Source: Candidatus Woesearchaeota archaeon
GTDB taxonomy: Archaea > Nanobdellota > Nanobdellia > Woesearchaeales > UBA11576
Direction of reading: 5' to 3'
NCBI GenBank assembly: GCA_043819495.1
Contig: JBDRET010000030.1
Span: 71,463 to 131,462, forward strand
DNA: 60,000 nucleotides
This document shows positions 54,886 to 60,000 of the stretch, one piece after another. Under the pieces are notes generated by a model. The model was not told the DNA's origin. It was given only the letters and a program-made list of their open reading frames with translations, and did no database searches. A program made the translations under genes and the position numbers. Positions within the stretch are counted from its first letter, which is position 1. Each line of letters starts with the position of its first letter.

Positions 54886-56004
54886 ATGAGAGATGAAAAA
54901 ATGACGAGGATATGGCCATTACCGATGGATCTCCGCTATGTGAGCAGGAGTGAGCGTAAGATGCGAGAGCAGAAGAAGACTGCTGAGATACTTCTTGCAG
55001 AAGCAAGGCGTGCTTTGGGAGAGTCTCCTGATGGGACTCCTGAGCTTCAGATGGGAGAGGTTCTTCTGGTGCCCGTACCTGATACTGGTTTCATGGACAA
55101 ACATATCAACAGCACATATAATCTTAGGGGTGGTGATGTAAGCGACATAACCCGGGAATCTTTTGAGCAGTTGATGAGGTGCGTAGGCAGGAGAGAACCA
55201 TTCACCGATCCGCGGGCCAAGGATAGTTACATAGACCTCAAGAGATCTGCAGAGCTTCAGGGACGCAATCCTGAAGATGTCGAGAAGGAGGCCATAGCGC
55301 TTTTCACAGGTAACATGAGTCAGATAATCGGAGGGACTTCTGATTTTGATGAGTTCATGCTCAAGTTCAGGCTTCAGGTAGAGATGTGGGGTCAGGAACT
55401 GCCGTTCAAGATACAGAACATTTTCTTCAATAACACAAGGCATTCTCCGAATTTCCCTAAGATGATATATGATAAATTCGGCGTCGATGCTGAGAAAGAG
55501 ATTGCAGCTTACATTATTGCAAACACGAACAGCCCTGTCTTTGAGGACATCAGGATGGTCACTCTTGATCGTAGAGGTATCATGACTGACATGGTCGTCT
55601 CAAAAGATGCTCCGTATGTAGAGTTCCATGCTGCACACTACCTTGCTGCTTCCAAGCATTATGTCAGGGAGAATAGCAATAAGCCCAAGAAAGCACTGCG
55701 TAAGCAGACAGACCTTGAGAGAAGGATAGTCAATGCAGAGTTCCGTGAGGAAGATATTGTCCTGGGCGTCACTGAGTACATATCAAGATTGCTCGAGTCA
55801 CCAAGTTACAGGGCGACCATAGCGGTGGATGATACTGCTGATGGAAAAGGTGTCACGATAAAGGAGATTGGTGCTGATCTTTTTGCTACTGTAATCGCTT
55901 TCGATAGCAGTTTCTCAAATTCAATATGGAAAGTGAATGAGCAGTATAAGAAGAGCGGCGCTAAAGTGGGATGGGTCAAGGACTTCAGATTCCCATATAG
56001 GTAA
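54886..56004 (+). CDS. hypothetical protein
   Basis: About 372-aa ORF between the kinase genes with 19- and 14-bp spacing. Confidence 0.7.
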   Translation: MRDEKMTRIWPLPMDLRYVSRSERKMREQKKTAEILLAEARRALGESPDGTPELQMGEVLLVPVPDTGFMDKHINSTYNLRGGDVSDITRESFEQLMRCVGRREPFTDPRAKDSYIDLKRSAELQGRNPEDVEKEAIALFTGNMSQIIGGTSDFDEFMLKFRLQVEMWGQELPFKIQNIFFNNTRHSPNFPKMIYDKFGVDAEKEIAAYIIANTNSPVFEDIRMVTLDRRGIMTDMVVSKDAPYVEFHAAHYLAASKHYVRENSNKPKKALRKQTDLERRIVNAEFREEDIVLGVTEYISRLLESPSYRATIAVDDTADGKGVTIKEIGADLFATVIAFDSSFSNSIWKVNEQYKKSGAKVGWVKDFRFPYR

Positions 56005-56018
56005 AATGTTGCTGGAAA

Positions 56019-59000
56019 ATGTACAATCAGGCGCAAGCGGATTTCGAATTGAGGACAAGTGTGTTCAGATGTCTTAATGATAGCTCTGACTCTCATGATT
56101 ATTCTTCTCTGCCTGATCATCAGGGGACTGTAGAAGCAGGTACGATATTACGACGCCCTTCTGCGACCCAGACTGGACTGGTACAATGCTACTGGCGCGT
56201 ATCTGATGATATCTCAGCTCCATTCATTGCTGAAGTGTTTCCGAAGCAGGATGTGAGTTACGCTTTCTTCAAGGATATCTCTCCAAGGGTGCTGGCAGAG
56301 CTTATCATATCATGTTCTGCAAAAAGTACTGATGATGAGGTAGTTGCTGGAGCGCTCGAGTCAGTGATAGGGACGGGACATCCTGGAAGGGACAGTAAAA
56401 ATTATTCAGGCATGGTTGACGAGATGAGGATGTCAGGTCCTGAAGCGGTCTTGGATTTTGATTCAATATCCTCTTATCTCATGAATGATTCTGATGCAGG
56501 TGATGTTGATCCTATGGATGTCCTTGCGATGTCGGTAGCAGATATGAACCTGCAGTATAAAGGTCCATCTTCTGATGGTGAAGTTCTGGGCTCTATAAGT
56601 TCTGTCGCGTGTTCAGCATTATTGCCTGCTGTGGAGCAGGCTTATGAAAGCAGGTTTTCAGGAGATTTATATGCTCATGTATTGAAATTGGTCTCAAGGA
56701 AAGGGAAGAATAGGCTTGCTACCAGCAGAGCAGTAGACTCATACCAGACTGAGTATGGCTCATCTGCATTATCTGATGATATACGTAAAGCCAAACAGCT
56801 TGTTGAAGGTGATCAATCAGGTTCTGTCAGAAAATCTAATCTGACTGTCCTTTCAAAGATCATTGAAGAGCATAAGAGGCCGATATCTGATATGGTCAAT
56901 GACCTGCGTCTTGGAGATGATATAGGTGAATTTGATGCTGATAAGGTCAAGTTATTCCACGAGCAGAATGCGGGCTTGAGAAAGGCTGTCGCAGGGTATC
57001 TTGACCAGTGGTACTGTTTTGCATCTGGTGAAGTGAATGCTGATCTTCGTGCAATGACTGATGTGTTGAGCATGGATAAGAGTTGGGTCAGTGGAGAGGG
57101 CCTGATGTCGAGGATTGAAGGGGTCATCCGTGGCTATGCTGCTAAGGAAGCATCTGAATCTGAGAGTTCCAGTCACATACTGACAGAACTCAACAGGGAA
57201 TATCTGCAGAGGATATTCAGCGATAGTAACATATCATCTGACTTGGAGACCCTATTAGTGGATCTTTCAGTACATATTATCGGAGATGTTGATATCTCTG
57301 GTGCAGTATCTGTAGTTGAAGATGTTCTCAGCAGGCGCAAAGTCCCTGATGATCTTGATGTTGATTTTGTCGCTTCAGTATATACAGAAGCATTGGCAAA
57401 GTATGCATCGCGGAAGATTGCAGGAGAACGTCTTGGATCAGTGATGTTATCAGGTGTTGATCAGCTGCCGAAGCTTGTTGATGAGTATGTGCACTTCAAG
57501 TCCTGCAGGACTTTTGCGTTGCGCAATAATAGCGCTTCCACTGTCAGGGACACTATTTTTGGTGATGAGTTCAGTTATATCCTTCATACTGCCACAGGAT
57601 CTTTCCTGAATACAGGAGACTTGACTGGAGATGCATTCAATGATAAATATGATGGTGAAAAGATATATGTGCGGGAAGGTCCGACGAGATTTGCTCTTCT
57701 GAGACTTTCTGATGCGGTCGCTGCAGAGTATCCTTCGTTGAACGAGTCTGTGGATATCATGTATAAGGTGTGTGACTCATTGAACATCCTCCACAGGAGC
57801 GGCATAGAGCATGGTGGTCTCAACCTTGAGAACGTGCTGTTATCAGAAGATGTTGATGATATACTTTTGACAGGCTATAACCCTGAACAGCGTCACATGC
57901 ACTCATGTTTCTCTGTGCCTGGGATCAGGAATAAGGATGTATTCTCTGCAACAGTGATGCTTTATGCCCTTCTTACGGGTGATGTCCCGTTCACTTCATC
58001 AGAACCAAAAGAGATCATGCAGCAGATTATGGATAAGTCATACATTGATGGTATGTCCCAGGTCTCAAGAAAGATGCGCAAGATGATATCAAATGCATTC
58101 AATAAGGTGATGGTAGGGCAGGAATATTCTGTGAGTGATTTCAAAAGGGATCTTGCAAAAGCATCAGGCAAATCGACTTCAAGATCATACTTTGACTACA
58201 AGAATTATAGAGAGCGCATGAGCTGGGAGCATCTGAAGCAGGCAGAGATGGAGATGTTTGCGGTTGAAGCTGCTGGATACGTCTTGCCTCCTAGATCAGG
58301 AGCCATATCAGGCACTGGTGAGGGGAATGATATTGCTGACGTGAATGTATTTTCGGATGACGGTGGAAGCTCTCAATGCAGGGTCGGCAACCATGTGTAT
58401 ACTGGTGTGAGGAAGATGAGTGTTGGAGGATCTGCAGAAGTCTTTGAGGCGACGCTCCATGATTTGGGATATCCTGTTGTTCTCAAGAAGCTCCGTGATC
58501 GTAAACCGAGTGCAGATCTATCTCAGGAAGCGATTGATTTTCTCAAGCAAAAATTTGCAAGTGAAGCAGTGTTGAGTTTCCAGCTTCAGAGCGCTAATGT
58601 CATCAAGCCTGTAAACTACAGCGCGTCAGAAGGGGTGATGGTCTTTGAGAGGATTGATGGTCTTGACCTGCGTGATGTGAACAATCTCGTGGCGGATGGT
58701 ATGAGTGAGATAGAGGCGATGGTGACTGCGGAGTGGGCGTGTTATGCTCTTGAAGAGGCACATAAGAAAGGCATAGTCCATAGAGATATATCTCCAGGAA
58801 ATATGATGATACAGAATAGGAGCTTTCGGGCATTGCTTGCTGATTTTGGAGTTGCAGCGACAAAAGATGATATGAATCGTGGTGATTCTGGAGAGGGGAG
58901 TGTGACTGCAGGGACAAAAAGGTACATGTCTCCCGAACAGAGAACCTTTCTGAAGATCGATGGCAGATCGGACATATATGGGTTAGGCATGGTTTTGAAG

Positions 59001-59957
59001 GAGCTGTTTATACGTCGCAACCCGATGCATGTAGATATGGAGCAGAAGAGATTGCCTATGAGTAAGGATGCTGCAGAGATATGTCGTAAGGCAACAAGAC
59101 CTTCACCTGAAGAGCGTTACCAATCTGTAGAAAAACTTCGTGAAGGGATAAAATCATACTTGTTTAAGAGAGGTATAGAGAGTATAGAAGATATGGAGTC
59201 TGTACTTGAGGGTGTGTTGAAGAAAGCATACTCACAAGAGGCGAAGGAAGGTCTTAAACATCGCATTGAAGATGCTTGGGCAGATATAAAATATTTGTCT
59301 GAGAAACTTGACAAGAGCTCAGTAGAGAATGATATGTTCAGGGGAGTCGCTGAACAGCGCAGGGATATTGTCGAGAAGGTGTTTGAGGATGAGCTTGTAG
59401 CTTATGTCAACAGACCTTCGAATGAGACTGTTGCGAAAGGTGTTGATAAGGTGCGGAAGAAGTTTAACCTGCCAGGACCTCTGCCTAACTCTAAGAAGCT
59501 TTTCAGTTCACTGAAGAAAGTGCGCGCCATACTTCCTGAGCAGTTTGAACAGGCGTATACTGAGATCTACAAGCACGGGAATGATTCTGAAAAGGGGGCT
59601 GAAAAGTTCAGGAAAGCATTCAGTGATCACCTGAGTGATAAGTTAGATGAGATGACAGGTTACATTGCGACCATGAGGAAGATAGACCCTTCAGGTTATA
59701 GTGACCTTGTTGGCGATGTTGAGGGGCGTGTTGAGAATGTGATCAAGATGTTTGCGAGCAAACAGTTCCTTAAGGTCGATACTGACATGCAGCGGTATGT
59801 GCTTGAGAGATATGATCGTGCACTGAGATATGTCAAGGTGCTCCTTATGCAGCTCGATCCTGAGAACCAGACTTATGTCCGGCTTGCAAAGAAGATTGAG
59901 AAGAAGATGGAAGAGTTCTCCAAGAAGATAGAGACGCAGGAGAACGGCAGTAAGTGA
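56019..59957 (+). CDS. large Hanks-type Ser/Thr kinase with tandem pseudokinase and kinase domains
   Basis: Degenerate domain IEHGGLNLENVLL...LLTGY...DVFS..VMLYALLTG; intact domain VGGSAEV, VVLKK, HRDISPGN, DFG, GTKRYMSPEQ, DIYGLG. Confidence 0.88.
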   Translation: MYNQAQADFELRTSVFRCLNDSSDSHDYSSLPDHQGTVEAGTILRRPSATQTGLVQCYWRVSDDISAPFIAEVFPKQDVSYAFFKDISPRVLAELIISCSAKSTDDEVVAGALESVIGTGHPGRDSKNYSGMVDEMRMSGPEAVLDFDSISSYLMNDSDAGDVDPMDVLAMSVADMNLQYKGPSSDGEVLGSISSVACSALLPAVEQAYESRFSGDLYAHVLKLVSRKGKNRLATSRAVDSYQTEYGSSALSDDIRKAKQLVEGDQSGSVRKSNLTVLSKIIEEHKRPISDMVNDLRLGDDIGEFDADKVKLFHEQNAGLRKAVAGYLDQWYCFASGEVNADLRAMTDVLSMDKSWVSGEGLMSRIEGVIRGYAAKEASESESSSHILTELNREYLQRIFSDSNISSDLETLLVDLSVHIIGDVDISGAVSVVEDVLSRRKVPDDLDVDFVASVYTEALAKYASRKIAGERLGSVMLSGVDQLPKLVDEYVHFKSCRTFALRNNSASTVRDTIFGDEFSYILHTATGSFLNTGDLTGDAFNDKYDGEKIYVREGPTRFALLRLSDAVAAEYPSLNESVDIMYKVCDSLNILHRSGIEHGGLNLENVLLSEDVDDILLTGYNPEQRHMHSCFSVPGIRNKDVFSATVMLYALLTGDVPFTSSEPKEIMQQIMDKSYIDGMSQVSRKMRKMISNAFNKVMVGQEYSVSDFKRDLAKASGKSTSRSYFDYKNYRERMSWEHLKQAEMEMFAVEAAGYVLPPRSGAISGTGEGNDIADVNVFSDDGGSSQCRVGNHVYTGVRKMSVGGSAEVFEATLHDLGYPVVLKKLRDRKPSADLSQEAIDFLKQKFASEAVLSFQLQSANVIKPVNYSASEGVMVFERIDGLDLRDVNNLVADGMSEIEAMVTAEWACYALEEAHKKGIVHRDISPGNMMIQNRSFRALLADFGVAATKDDMNRGDSGEGSVTAGTKRYMSPEQRTFLKIDGRSDIYGLGMVLKELFIRRNPMHVDMEQKRLPMSKDAAEICRKATRPSPEERYQSVEKLREGIKSYLFKRGIESIEDMESVLEGVLKKAYSQEAKEGLKHRIEDAWADIKYLSEKLDKSSVENDMFRGVAEQRRDIVEKVFEDELVAYVNRPSNETVAKGVDKVRKKFNLPGPLPNSKKLFSSLKKVRAILPEQFEQAYTEIYKHGNDSEKGAEKFRKAFSDHLSDKLDEMTGYIATMRKIDPSGYSDLVGDVEGRVENVIKMFASKQFLKVDTDMQRYVLERYDRALRYVKVLLMQLDPENQTYVRLAKKIEKKMEEFSKKIETQENGSK

Positions 59958-60000
59958 TTCTGTATTGATTGATTTAAGAATTCTTAGAGAATAAAAATTA

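Noticed and set aside
1-60000. Viral or plasmid origin of the whole window
   Set aside because: No capsid, terminase, replication or transposase genes are seen, and core archaeal genes (cbf5, dph2, tRNAs) are present

Overview
Gene-dense archaeal chromosomal segment, most consistent with a DPANN archaeon, probably Woesearchaeota-like (inference). Supporting signs are Cbf5, Dph2, an Rpp30-like protein, an archaeal-type PEP carboxylase homolog, TrmB, CCA-less tRNA genes and TATA/BRE promoters. The standard genetic code applies, with TGA used as a normal stop. Left to right the window holds: (i) two nucleotidyltransferase-HEPN paralogs flanking a large TIM-barrel gene; (ii) secreted or membrane proteins (lipoprotein plus HExxH protease, polysaccharide deacetylase); (iii) two paralogous double-Fis-HTH proteins; (iv) a decaying copper-resistance/nucleotidyltransferase island ending at tRNA-Pro(CGG) and tRNA-Ala(CGC), with a hairpin array and a duplicated tRNA 5' end; (v) a DHFR interrupted by TGA at its conserved Trp; (vi) translation and metabolism genes (rnp3-like, dph2, rlmH, pyk, HD plus divergent RtcB-like, degenerate ppcA, cbf5); (vii) a nicotinamide-to-NAD(P) salvage operon (pncB, pncA, nadE, double Nudix, nadM-like, NAD kinase-like) with NrtR and three GT-N7-AC operators; (viii) a Hanks-type kinase/pseudokinase cluster. 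Several intergenic regions carry a dispersed, multi-stem structured repeat whose copies show compensatory base changes. All product calls come from motif recognition by eye; no database searches were run.
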